Below are positions 10,066-19,415 of a stretch of 64,000 bases of DNA, one piece after another. The notes beneath the pieces are model-generated. The model was not told where the DNA came from and did not search any database. It saw only the letters and a list, made by a program, of their open reading frames with translations. Source of the DNA: Thermoanaerobaculia bacterium (GTDB lineage Bacteria > Acidobacteriota > Thermoanaerobaculia > UBA5066); contig CAWFJJ010000024.1 in the NCBI GenBank assembly GCA_963816185.1, positions 640,001-704,000 of the forward strand, read 5' to 3'. The first letter of the stretch is position 1; each line of letters opens with the position of its first letter. The position numbers were made by a program, and so were the translations under genes.

Positions 10066-11706
10066 CTACTCCGCGAGGACCCGATGGACGAGCTGGACGC
10101 AGACGGAGCCTTCGCCCACCGCCGCGGCGACACGCTTGACGCTCGAAGCGCGGACGTCGCCGACCGCGAAGACGCCCGGCTGGTTCGTCTCGAAAAGGAA
10201 CGGCGGTCGGGCGACGGGCCACTTCGCTGCTTCGAGGTCGCCGGACGTGAGGTCCTGCCCGGTCTTCACGAAGCCCTTTTCGTCGAGCGCGACACAGCCC
10301 TGGAGCCAGGCCGTGTTCGGATCGGCTCCGGTCATGAGAAAGACGTGCCTTACGTCGAGGGTCGCCCGCTCGCCGGCGGCGTCGCGCCACGTCACGCGCT
10401 CGAGGCGCCCGTTTCCCTCGAGGGCCACGATCTGCGTCCGCGTGCGGAGGGTGATGTTCGGCGTCTCCTCGATGCGGCGGATGAGATAGCGCGACATGCT
10501 TGCGGCGAGCCCTTCGTCCCGGACGAGCATGTGCAGGCGCCGCACCCCGCGCGAGAGGAACACAGCGGCCTGCCCCGCGGAGTTTCCGCCCCCGACGACG
10601 ATGACGTCTTCTCCCTCGCAGAGGTTCGCTTCGATCTGAGTCGCCCCGTAATAGACCCCGACGCCCTCGAAGCGCGCGAGGTTCGGGAGGTCGGGTTTTC
10701 GGTACTGGACGCCGGTAGCGATGATGAACGTCCGTGCGCGGACGGAGAGGCCTTCCGCGAGCTCGAGCCGATAGGGGCGCCGTTCGCATGAGAGCCGCAC
10801 GGCTGTCCGTGCCACTGCGATCGCGGCGCCGAACTTCTCCGCCTGAACCAGGGCGTTGCTCGCGAGCGCCTGTCCCGAGATCCCCATCGGAAATCCGAGG
10901 TAGTTCTCGATGCGTGAGCTCGAGCCCGCCTGTCCGCCCGGGGCATTCGCTTCGAGGACGACGGCGTCGAGTCCCTCGGAGGCCGCGTAAACGGCGGCAG
11001 CGAGCCCTCCCGGGCCGGCGCCCACGACCACGACGTCGTGCACGGAGCTCGTGTCGAACCGGTTCAGGCCGAGACACTCGCCGACCTCCTCGATGGTGGG
11101 CTTCTTCAGGACGCGCGTGCCGCGGCAGATGACGACCGGCACGTCGTCCACGCCCACGCTGAAGCTGTCGAGAGTCTTCTGTACGTCCGGGTCGCGGTCC
11201 ACGTCGAGGTACGCGTAGGGCTGTCCGTTGCGCGTGAGGAACTCCTGGAGGAGGAGAGTGCCGGCCGAGTGGCGCGAGCCGATGAGAACGACGCTGCCCT
11301 GACCCAGCTCCTGGAGGGCGATGCGGCGGAGGATGAACGCGCGAAGGAAAGTCTCGGACAATTCCGGGTCGGTCTGAACCAGCGCCCGCAGCCGCTCCGG
11401 CGGAAGCTCGAGAACGCGCGTCTCGCCCGTCGCGCTTCCCTTCACGATGGTGGGGCGACCCGAAAGCAGGTCGACGTCGCCCGAGAACTGACCGGATCGA
11501 TGCGCCGTGACGAAGCGATCCGTGTCCGACAGGACGGTGATCTGGCCTTCGAGGACCAGGAAGAGGGGGCGGTCGCAATCGCCCTGCTGCCAGAGCAGTT
11601 CACCGTCGGCGAACCGCCGTTCCCGCGCGAAGGCGGCGACGCGCCCGCGCTGTACCTCGGACAGCTTCGGGAACATCTCGTCGGGGGGTGGCATCGACGC
11701 GGACAT
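10066..11706 (-). CDS. Cyclic nucleotide-binding domain plus thioredoxin-reductase-like FAD oxidoreductase
   Basis: N-terminal cNMP-like domain (LWQQGD, FSGD); GAGPGG, GGQAGSSSRIENYLGFP, GGGNSAGQAA, FAVGDVR. Confidence 0.9.
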   Translation of the reverse strand: MSASMPPPDEMFPKLSEVQRGRVAAFARERRFADGELLWQQGDCDRPLFLVLEGQITVLSDTDRFVTAHRSGQFSGDVDLLSGRPTIVKGSATGETRVLELPPERLRALVQTDPELSETFLRAFILRRIALQELGQGSVVLIGSRHSAGTLLLQEFLTRNGQPYAYLDVDRDPDVQKTLDSFSVGVDDVPVVICRGTRVLKKPTIEEVGECLGLNRFDTSSVHDVVVVGAGPGGLAAAVYAASEGLDAVVLEANAPGGQAGSSSRIENYLGFPMGISGQALASNALVQAEKFGAAIAVARTAVRLSCERRPYRLELAEGLSVRARTFIIATGVQYRKPDLPNLARFEGVGVYYGATQIEANLCEGEDVIVVGGGNSAGQAAVFLSRGVRRLHMLVRDEGLAASMSRYLIRRIEETPNITLRTRTQIVALEGNGRLERVTWRDAAGERATLDVRHVFLMTGADPNTAWLQGCVALDEKGFVKTGQDLTSGDLEAAKWPVARPPFLFETNQPGVFAVGDVRASSVKRVAAAVGEGSVCVQLVHRVLAE

Positions 11707-11728
11707 CAGGACTCCTCCAGGTACCGCA

Positions 11729-11769
11729 GAAAGAAGCGAGCGCGGCGACCACGCCGCGCCCGCTCTTTT
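11729..11769 (-). terminator. GC-rich hairpin, probable intrinsic terminator
   Basis: AGCGAGCGCGGCG-ACCA-CGCCGCGCCCGCT stem flanked by AAAGA and CTTTT, just after the stop of the 11794 gene. Confidence 0.5.
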
Positions 11770-11793
11770 GAGACCCGCTGGCGGTCGACGTGC

Positions 11794-12735
11794 TCAGTCG
11801 GTCATGACGACCAGGTACCGGTCGCCCTTCCAGAACGCGGAGGGATCCTTGACCGTGAGCGTCGAGGTCTTCGAGTTCGGGCCGCCGTCCACGATCTCGT
11901 AGCTCCCCTTCGGCTGCGCGGTGACGACCTGCACCTTACCCGCGGGCGCCGGGATCGAGACTTCCATGTCCTTGGTCACGTCGATCTCGTGGAAGACGTC
12001 GGGGTCGAACTTGCCTGTTTCGATCCAGCGGCCGCCGAGGCCTGCGATCGAGCCTCTCTTCTCGACGACGCCCTTCTGCTTGAGCGTGTTCCTGGAGGCG
12101 ACGGCCACGTAAGCCGTGTTGAGCTCCTTCGTCTTCTGCGCGATCTCGCTTTCACCCTTGTGAATCGTCTCTTCTCTCTCCGCGAGAGTCGACGCCTGCG
12201 ATTCGACCGTCTTCGAGAGGTCCCCGACCCTGCTCTCCAGCTCGGTGACCATGGACGCCTTCTCCTCGAGCGACTTCTTCAGCTCGTCCGCGAGCTTCCC
12301 GAGAGACGCCATTTGCACGCCATTGGCCTTGTTGATCTTCTCGAGGTGAGCGAGCTTCTGAAGGTTCTTGTGAACGGCGTCGCGGATCATCTGGAGCTCC
12401 GCCTCGAGGCGCTCGCGGCCGGCCGCCTTCCCCTGGCCTTCCTTGGCCATCTGGATCGAGGACTGGACCACCTTCAGCTCCTTGGCGCGGATGTCCTCGA
12501 GGCCCTTCTGCACCTCATCCAGAGTCGCATTCGCCTCGGCCGATTGGGACTCGAGGGATTGCAGCTTATCCGAGAGCTGCTGCTTCTCGCCGGTGAGCTG
12601 CACCTTCTCGGCCCGGAGCTGGTCGCGCTCCTGTTTCCACGCGCAACCTCCGGTTGCGAAGACGATTCCAAAGGCACCTGCGACGACGATCGGCCCGATC
12701 CCTCTGAAACGCGGGTTCTTTGGCACTTCTTTCAT
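11794..12735 (-). CDS. Coiled-coil lipoprotein resembling Cbp1-family (collagen-binding adhesin-like) proteins
   Basis: Lipoprotein-like signal ending ATGGC, long heptad coiled coil, C-terminal ELNTAYV...LTVKDPSAFWKGDRYLVV; RBS GGAGG before ATG 12735. Confidence 0.6.
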   Translation of the reverse strand: MKEVPKNPRFRGIGPIVVAGAFGIVFATGGCAWKQERDQLRAEKVQLTGEKQQLSDKLQSLESQSAEANATLDEVQKGLEDIRAKELKVVQSSIQMAKEGQGKAAGRERLEAELQMIRDAVHKNLQKLAHLEKINKANGVQMASLGKLADELKKSLEEKASMVTELESRVGDLSKTVESQASTLAEREETIHKGESEIAQKTKELNTAYVAVASRNTLKQKGVVEKRGSIAGLGGRWIETGKFDPDVFHEIDVTKDMEVSIPAPAGKVQVVTAQPKGSYEIVDGGPNSKTSTLTVKDPSAFWKGDRYLVVMTD

Positions 12736-12821
12736 ATGGACCTCCATCCGGAGAATCGTTAGCAAACGGCGTACCCGGCTTCGCGCCGATCGCTCGGCCG
12801 TCGGTCTTGAGGTCGCGTCCC

Positions 12822-13714
<893 letters not shown>

Positions 13715-13718
<4 letters not shown>

Positions 13719-14722
13719 GTTTGACTTCCCTTCGTTTTCGTCGGGGGCATGCCGCCCATCCCGGCCGCCCGCGAGAAAGATCGATACAGATCGTCGAAGA
13801 GCGTGAACCCGCGCGTCAGCCGGTCCTCGTCCTCCGGATGGGAGAGGACGAGGCCGAGCAGCAAGCGCTGGATTCCGGGCGCGTCGGTGCGACCGTATTT
13901 ACCGTCCTTCAGGTCGATGTCGTGGACGATCTCGGCGATCTGCGAGACGGCGGGGTCGGCGATCCCCGCCCTCGCGACGAGCGTCTCGAACGTGCAGCGG
14001 TCGCCCTCGTGCGTGAAGTCGCCGGGCATCGTGTCGAAGCGGATTTCTCCCGGAGCGACCTCCGTCAGCTTCGGATCGACGAAACGGAAACGCGCGTTCG
14101 GGTCGATGAAGCGGCGGATGAGCCAGGCGGAAGCAATTCGGTCGATCTGGATCCCTCGGCGGGTCACCCACGTGCGGGCCGTGAGATCCTCGTGTTTCCT
14201 CGGCTTTGTCGTGCTCCTCGGGGCCTTCGGCTGGAGACGGCCCTCCAGTGTGCGGAGCGCGGCCTCGGTCTCCTTCCGCCCGGGCGCGGGGGAGAAGAAG
14301 TCGATCGCCTTCGTCTCGTCCAGCCGCTTCTTGAGCCGGGCGAGACGTCCGGTCAGCTCCTGCTCCGGGGGGTTGACCCCGCTCCGGCGCTTCAGCGTGG
14401 CCAGCGCTTCTTGGATCTCCTCGGTGAGCCCGGCGTAATCGGCCTGGCGGTCCGCCTTGAAGAGCTTCACGAGCGTCTCATCCGAGATGCCAGCCAGGAA
14501 GGCGGCCTCGCAGATGAAAGCCTCGCCGCCGCCTGCGACCGCCTCCTCGACGATCCACTGAAGGTCCTCGAGGCAGTCGTCCGTGCGCGGCAGGACGTAG
14601 ACCGAGTTCTTGAGAGCCACCGCCCCCACTTTCGCGAGGCGCTGCCGGATCTTGGCGCGCAGGTAGAGCGGCTTCGGCGGAAGCTGATGGATCAGCAAGT
14701 ACCAGCGCGGTTCGGCCATCAC
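13715..14722 (-). CDS. chrB: Chromate resistance regulator ChrB family protein
   Basis: WYLLIHQLPPKPLYLR N-domain; WVTR...IDRIASAWLIRRFID...FTHEGDRCTFE...IVHDIDLKD C-domain. Confidence 0.85.
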
Positions 14723-14752
14723 GTCCTCCCGATCGCTCCTCGTCCGTGATAC

Positions 14753-14777
14753 CAGTTGACATTCATCATGTCAATTG
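14753..14777. promoter_or_regulatory. Inverted repeat, candidate operator upstream of chrB
   Basis: CAGTTGACAT-TCATC-ATGTCAATTG (10-bp arms, 1 mismatch), AT-rich, contains TTGACA on both strands, in the divergent chrB/pfkB intergenic region. Confidence 0.6.
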
Positions 14778-14881
14778 ATAGACGAGCAAGGAGTCGACCG
14801 GATCCGTACGGCGCACGCAAAATCCCGGAGAGAGAAAAATGTTCCCGGCGTTTTCGGGAACGGCGCTTGCTGGAAGCTCTC

Positions 14882-15877
14882 ATGATGGACACCCGGAACG
14901 ATGCCCGTGTCCCCGTCGCCCTCTTCGGAGAGGCGCTGATGGACGATCTGCCTTCGGGGCCCGTGCCCGGCGGTGCCCCGCTGAACGTCGCCCGGCACCT
15001 CCGCGCGTTCGGCGTCGATCCGCTCCTCATCACCCGCGTGGGCTCGGACGAGGCGGGCGAGGGGCTCGTCGCCGCGATGGAGCGTTGGGGGCTCGACACC
15101 CGCGGCGTGCAGCGCGATCCCGACCATCCCACGGGACGCGTTTCGATCCGGGTCGCGAGGGGTCGTCACCGTTTCGAGATCCCGCTCCGCCAGGCGTGGG
15201 ATTTCATCGACGCCACGGCCGCCGCCGACGCGTTGCGCACGGCGCCGCCGGACGTCCTCTATTTCGGCACGCTGGCGCAGCGGCATGAGACGTCGAGGCG
15301 GGCCTTGCGAGGGCTCTTCGCGGGGCTCTCCGGCGCTCACCTCTTCGACGTCAACCTGCGCAAGCCTTGGTACGACGCGCAGGTCGTCGAGGCCTCGCTC
15401 GCCGAGGCTGACGTGCTGAAGCTCAACGAGTCCGAGCTCGCCGTCCTGGCCAGGGCTCTGGGCCTCCCGAAGGGGGCCGCCGCGCGCGCCGAGACCCTGA
15501 TGGAGAGGTTCTCGATCCGCGAGGTCGTGATCACGTATGGAGCCAGAGGCGCGCGCGTCTTCGAGGTAGGAGGAGCCGAGATGCGCGTCTCCGGGGAGGC
15601 CCTCGGCTCCCGTGTCGTCGATACGGTGGGCGCCGGGGACGGATTCGCGGCCGTCCTGATCCTGGGCACCTTTCGAGGGTGGGTCCCCTCGCTCACGCTG
15701 GCTCGCGCCGACCGCTTGGCGCGTGCGATCTGCCGGATTCCCGGGGCGATCCCCGAAGACGAGCGGTTCTACGAGCCCTATCTCGAGGAATGGGACCGAG
15801 GAGGAGGTGATGACCCTGAGCGAGAGAAGCTTGTCCATCGTCATGCGCAGCATCCACGGGCTCGTTCGAGCGCGTGA
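14882..15877 (+). CDS. PfkB family carbohydrate kinase (fructokinase-like)
   Basis: FGEALMD, PGGAPLNVA, FDVNLR, LKLNESE, VDTVGAGDGFAA; start placed at ATG 14882 or 14885. Confidence 0.9.
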   Translation: MMDTRNDARVPVALFGEALMDDLPSGPVPGGAPLNVARHLRAFGVDPLLITRVGSDEAGEGLVAAMERWGLDTRGVQRDPDHPTGRVSIRVARGRHRFEIPLRQAWDFIDATAAADALRTAPPDVLYFGTLAQRHETSRRALRGLFAGLSGAHLFDVNLRKPWYDAQVVEASLAEADVLKLNESELAVLARALGLPKGAAARAETLMERFSIREVVITYGARGARVFEVGGAEMRVSGEALGSRVVDTVGAGDGFAAVLILGTFRGWVPSLTLARADRLARAICRIPGAIPEDERFYEPYLEEWDRGGGDDPEREKLVHRHAQHPRARSSA

Positions 15878-15920
15878 CGCCGAGCTCGGGCTCATCGCGG
15901 AGCATGCGGCGAAGATGTAA
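15810..15920 (+). pseudogene. Truncated N-terminal remnant of sucrose-phosphate synthase (GT4)
   Basis: Strong RBS GAGGAGGAGG then MTLSERSLSIVMRSIHGLVRARDAELG, resembling the SPS start LYIxLISxHGLIRGxxxELG; stops after 36 aa. Confidence 0.6.
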
Positions 15921-15962
15921 GGTTCGCTCCCGATTCGGCGGCGGGCGATGAAGGAGGCACCG

Positions 15963-16382
15963 ATGAACAGGCAGCGGGCGAGACAGGTCACGTACTTCCT
16001 GCTTCGAGTCGTGGCGGGTCTGGTGTTCCTCCAGGCCGGGGGCCTGCTCCTATTCGGATGGTTCGGCGGAATGCCGCCGAACGGCTCCACCGCGCCCCTC
16101 TTGTCCCAGATGGGGATCGGCGGTGCCCTCGAGTTCTTCGGAGGTATCGCGATCGTGCTCGGCCTCCTGACCCGGCCGGTCGCATTCATCCTCTCCGGCG
16201 AGATGGCGGTCGCGTATTTCCAGTTTCACATGCCGAACGGGTTCTGGCCGATTCAGAACCACGGCGAACCCGCCGTCCTGTTCTGTTTCATCTTCCTGTA
16301 CATGGCCGCGCAAGGCGGCGGCGAGTGGAGCCTCGACGCGCTGATTCGGAGAAAGCGGGGAGATGCCGCGTCCGAGGAGTGA
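15963..16382 (+). CDS. DoxX family membrane protein
   Basis: LLRVVAGLVF, LEFFGG...GLLTRPVAFILSGEMAVAYF...GGGEWSLD; RBS AAGGAGG. Confidence 0.9.
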   Translation: MNRQRARQVTYFLLRVVAGLVFLQAGGLLLFGWFGGMPPNGSTAPLLSQMGIGGALEFFGGIAIVLGLLTRPVAFILSGEMAVAYFQFHMPNGFWPIQNHGEPAVLFCFIFLYMAAQGGGEWSLDALIRRKRGDAASEE

Positions 16383-16443
16383 AGGCGGTCAGGGACCCGG
16401 CCCGTCTGACGCCCGGCAGCCCTGAGAAGAAGCTCGTCCGGCC

Positions 16444-16470
16444 TGTCGATTCCGCGGGGTCTGGCTCGTC
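16444..16470 (+). promoter_or_regulatory. ECF42-type promoter upstream of the DGPF/YciI gene
   Basis: TGTCGA (16444-16449), 17-nt spacer, CGTC (16467-16470); matches the ECF42 consensus as I recall it; cognate sigma 1.6 kb downstream. Confidence 0.65.
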
Positions 16471-16546
16471 GTGAGAGTGGAGCCGGGGCTCGAAGGCGGC
16501 CGGAACCGCCGGGGGACGCCGGTTCGAGTAGAAAACATAAGGAGAT

Positions 16547-16975
16547 ATGACGATGCGATTTCTGGTCATGGTCCCGGCGAGCAAGGAGTCCGAGGCGGGT
16601 GTTCTTCCCGACAAGACGATCATCGCGGACATGCAGAAGTTCAACGAGGAGATGGTGAAGGCCGGCGTGATGCTCTCGGGCGAGGGGCTTCACCCGACCT
16701 CCAAGGGGGCGCGCATCAGGTTCTCGGGCGGAAAGACTACGGTGATCGACGGCCCCTTCACCGAGTCGAAGGAGCTGGTCGCCGGCTTCTGGCTGATCCA
16801 GGCGAAGTCGAAGGACGAAGCGATTGCGTGGATGAAGCGGGCGCCCTTCGGAGGCGGCGTGGAGATCGAGATCCGCCAGATCTTCGAGGCGGAGGACTTC
16901 GGCGCTCAGCTCACTCCCGAGCTCAGGGAGAAGGAGGAGCGCCTGCGCGAGAAGATCGCGGCGAGGCGGCGTTGA
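16547..16975 (+). CDS. YciI/DGPF domain protein
   Basis: GEGLHPTSKG, VIDGPFTESKELVAGFW; RBS AAGGAG. Confidence 0.92.
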   Translation: MTMRFLVMVPASKESEAGVLPDKTIIADMQKFNEEMVKAGVMLSGEGLHPTSKGARIRFSGGKTTVIDGPFTESKELVAGFWLIQAKSKDEAIAWMKRAPFGGGVEIEIRQIFEAEDFGAQLTPELREKEERLREKIAARRR

Positions 16976-17087
16976 GTCCCCTGCGAAAAGACGATGCGAG
17001 GCCCAGTCCGGAGGGCGTGGGAGGTCTTGACGTTGACCGAAAAGTGGGCGAGGACATAGGCTGCACGAAGGAAGATGGAGGTGAGAA

Positions 17088-17558
17088 ATGGCAGTGAAGA
17101 AGAAGACGAAGAAGAAGGCCGCGTCGCGAAACACGCGCCCGAAGAAGGCAAAAGCCGCACCGGCGAAGGGCCTCAGCATGAGCTCGGCGTCACCTTCCTT
17201 CACGGTGGGCGACATTCAGAAGAGCCTCGCCTGGTACAAGGACGTCCTCGGGTTCGGCGTCGAAGAGCGCTGGGAGCAGGAGGGGAAGCTGGCCGGAGTG
17301 CTGGTTGTGGCGGGCGACGTTCGCTTCATGCTCGGGCAGGACGACTGGAAGAAGGGTCGCGACCGGAAGAAGGGAGAAGGCTTCCGCATTTATTGTGAGA
17401 CGAAGCAGGACGTCGACGAGCTCGCGGGGAAGATCAAGGCGCACGGAGGCACGCTCGATGAGGAGCCGCACGACGAGCCCTGGGGCACCCGGGACTTCAC
17501 CCTCACCGATCCCGACGGGTTCAAGCTCACGATCGCGAGAGAAGTGAAAAAGCGCTAG
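17088..17558 (+). CDS. VOC/glyoxalase family protein with Lys/Ala-rich N-terminal tail
   Basis: SLAWYKDVLGF, PHDEPWGTRDFTLTDPDG; RBS GGAGG. Confidence 0.88.
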   Translation: MAVKKKTKKKAASRNTRPKKAKAAPAKGLSMSSASPSFTVGDIQKSLAWYKDVLGFGVEERWEQEGKLAGVLVVAGDVRFMLGQDDWKKGRDRKKGEGFRIYCETKQDVDELAGKIKAHGGTLDEEPHDEPWGTRDFTLTDPDGFKLTIAREVKKR

Positions 17559-18025
17559 GGAAAGCCGCTTTCCGAGCGTGCCCGGATCTTGGCGTCGATG
17601 AAGTCAGGATGAGGGACGTGGAGTAGCCCCGCGATCTTTCGGACCAAGTGCTCCTCTTCCGGATCCTTCTCTCCGTCGGCGAAGGCGATCAGCCACAGAA
17701 GCTCCACGATGCGTTTCTTCTGCGCGGCCGAAAACTCGTGGTCGACGAGACGCGTGAACTCGTAGAGCGAGGTCGCCTTGCGCGCCTCGGCCTCGCCCAG
17801 CCTCACCAGCTCCTCCGACTCCTCCCGGGAGAGACCGAAGGTGCCCTGGATGGCCGTGCGCATGACGGTCAGCTCCTCGTCGGTTACCTTGCCGTCGGCG
17901 CGAACGACCTCGAAGAGGAGAGCGGAGGCTGCAAGCTTCAGCGCGTGATCGCGGGTCTCCCCCGAATCCTCAGCGGCGCGGGCCGAAACGCGCTCCTCGA
18001 AGTAGCGCTTGAACGACTCCCACAT
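17555..18025 (-). CDS. TerB family (tellurite resistance-like) protein
   Basis: LLFEVVRADG, SLYEFTRLV, LWLIAFADG...EEHLVRKIAGLL. Confidence 0.85.
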   Translation of the reverse strand: MWESFKRYFEERVSARAAEDSGETRDHALKLAASALLFEVVRADGKVTDEELTVMRTAIQGTFGLSREESEELVRLGEAEARKATSLYEFTRLVDHEFSAAQKKRIVELLWLIAFADGEKDPEEEHLVRKIAGLLHVPHPDFIDAKIRARSESGFP

Positions 18026-18074
18026 GTCCGGAGGCTACAACGAGTCTCGTTCGACGGACACGCGATCGGGCACA

Positions 18075-18092
18075 AGATGCTTTAGATGCTTT
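18075..18092. repeat. 9-bp tandem duplication AGATGCTTT x2
   Basis: Seen directly in the divergent terB / sigma intergenic region. Confidence 0.7.
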
Positions 18093-18103
18093 AATCCGCG
18101 GCC

Positions 18104-19399
18104 GTGACGGCTGCGGACCCGCATGGCGCGATCGAAGCGATCTGGCACATCGAGTCGGCGAAGATCATCGCCTCTCTCGCGAGGATCGTGGGCGACGTCG
18201 GGCTCGCCGAGGATCTCGCGCAAGATGCGCTCGTGGCCGCGCTCGAGAGGTGGCCGGAATCCGGCGTTCCGGACAACCCGGGCGCCTGGCTCATGGCCAC
18301 GGCGAAGAATCGCGCGATCGACGTCCTGCGCCGGAACAGGCGTCACGAGACGAAGCACGAGGAGCTGGGCCGCGTGATCGAGGCGCGGCAGGAGAGGGCG
18401 GTGGCGGACTTCGACGCGGCGATCGACGACGACGTCGGCGACGACCTCCTGCGCCTCGTGTTCACGTCCTGTCATCCGGTTCTCTCCTCCGAGGCGCGCG
18501 TCGCGCTCACGCTCCGACTGCTCGGAGGCCTGACGACGGGGGAGATCGCGCGCGCGTTCCTCGTTCCCGAGTCGACCGTCGCCCAGCGAATCGTCCGCGC
18601 CAAGCGGAGCCTCGCCGAAGCGCACGTCCCCTTCGAGGTTCCCCGCGAGGCCGAGCGCGCCGCGCGCCTTTCGTCGGTGCTCGAGGTCCTCTATTTGATC
18701 TTCAACGAGGGCTACTCGGCAACCGCCGGCGAGGACTGGATGCGTCCGCAGCTCTGCGAGGAGGCTCTCCGTCTCGGCCGCATCCTGGCCGAGCTCGTGC
18801 CGAAAGAGCCGGAGGTTCACGGCCTCGTGGCACTCATGGAGATCCAGGCGTCTCGGATCGGAGCGCGGACCGGCCCGTCGGGAGAGCCCGTCCTGCTCCT
18901 CGATCAGGACCGCGCGCGCTGGGATCAGCTCCTCATCCGTCGCGGCCTCGGAGCGCTGGAGCTTGCCGAAGCGCTCGGCGGTGCGCGTGGCCCGTATGCG
19001 CTCCAGGCCGGGATCGCGGCCTGTCATGCGCGGGCGCGAACCTCCGCGGAGACGGACTGGGCGCGGATCGTGGCGCTGTACGACGCGCTCGTGGGGATCG
19101 CACCGTCGCCCGTCGTGGAGCTGAACCGCGCGGTGGCGGTCTCGATGGCGTCCGGGCCGGAAGCGGGCCTCGAGCTCGTCGATGCTCTGAAGGCCGAGCC
19201 TTCACTCGAGGAGTACCACCTCCTGTCGAGCGTGCGCGGGGACCTTCTCGCGAAGGTCGGCCGCGGGGACGAGGCACGTGCGGAGTTCGAGCGCGCGGCC
19301 TCGCTCACGCGCAACGCGCGCGAGCGCTCGCTGCTCCTCGGTCGCGCTGCCGCTTGCGCGCGAGGATCGGCGCCGGCGCCGCAGCGATCACGAGAGTGA
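18104..19399 (+). CDS. ECF sigma factor with C-terminal TPR extension (ECF42-like)
   Basis: LAEDLAQDAL, GAWLMATAKNRAID, DDLLRLVFTSCHP, YLIFNEGY, PSPVVELNRAVA; linked to a DGPF gene. Confidence 0.9.
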   Translation: MTAADPHGAIEAIWHIESAKIIASLARIVGDVGLAEDLAQDALVAALERWPESGVPDNPGAWLMATAKNRAIDVLRRNRRHETKHEELGRVIEARQERAVADFDAAIDDDVGDDLLRLVFTSCHPVLSSEARVALTLRLLGGLTTGEIARAFLVPESTVAQRIVRAKRSLAEAHVPFEVPREAERAARLSSVLEVLYLIFNEGYSATAGEDWMRPQLCEEALRLGRILAELVPKEPEVHGLVALMEIQASRIGARTGPSGEPVLLLDQDRARWDQLLIRRGLGALELAEALGGARGPYALQAGIAACHARARTSAETDWARIVALYDALVGIAPSPVVELNRAVAVSMASGPEAGLELVDALKAEPSLEEYHLLSSVRGDLLAKVGRGDEARAEFERAASLTRNARERSLLLGRAAACARGSAPAPQRSRE

Positions 19400-19415
19400 G
19401 CGGCTCTCGAGGCTC

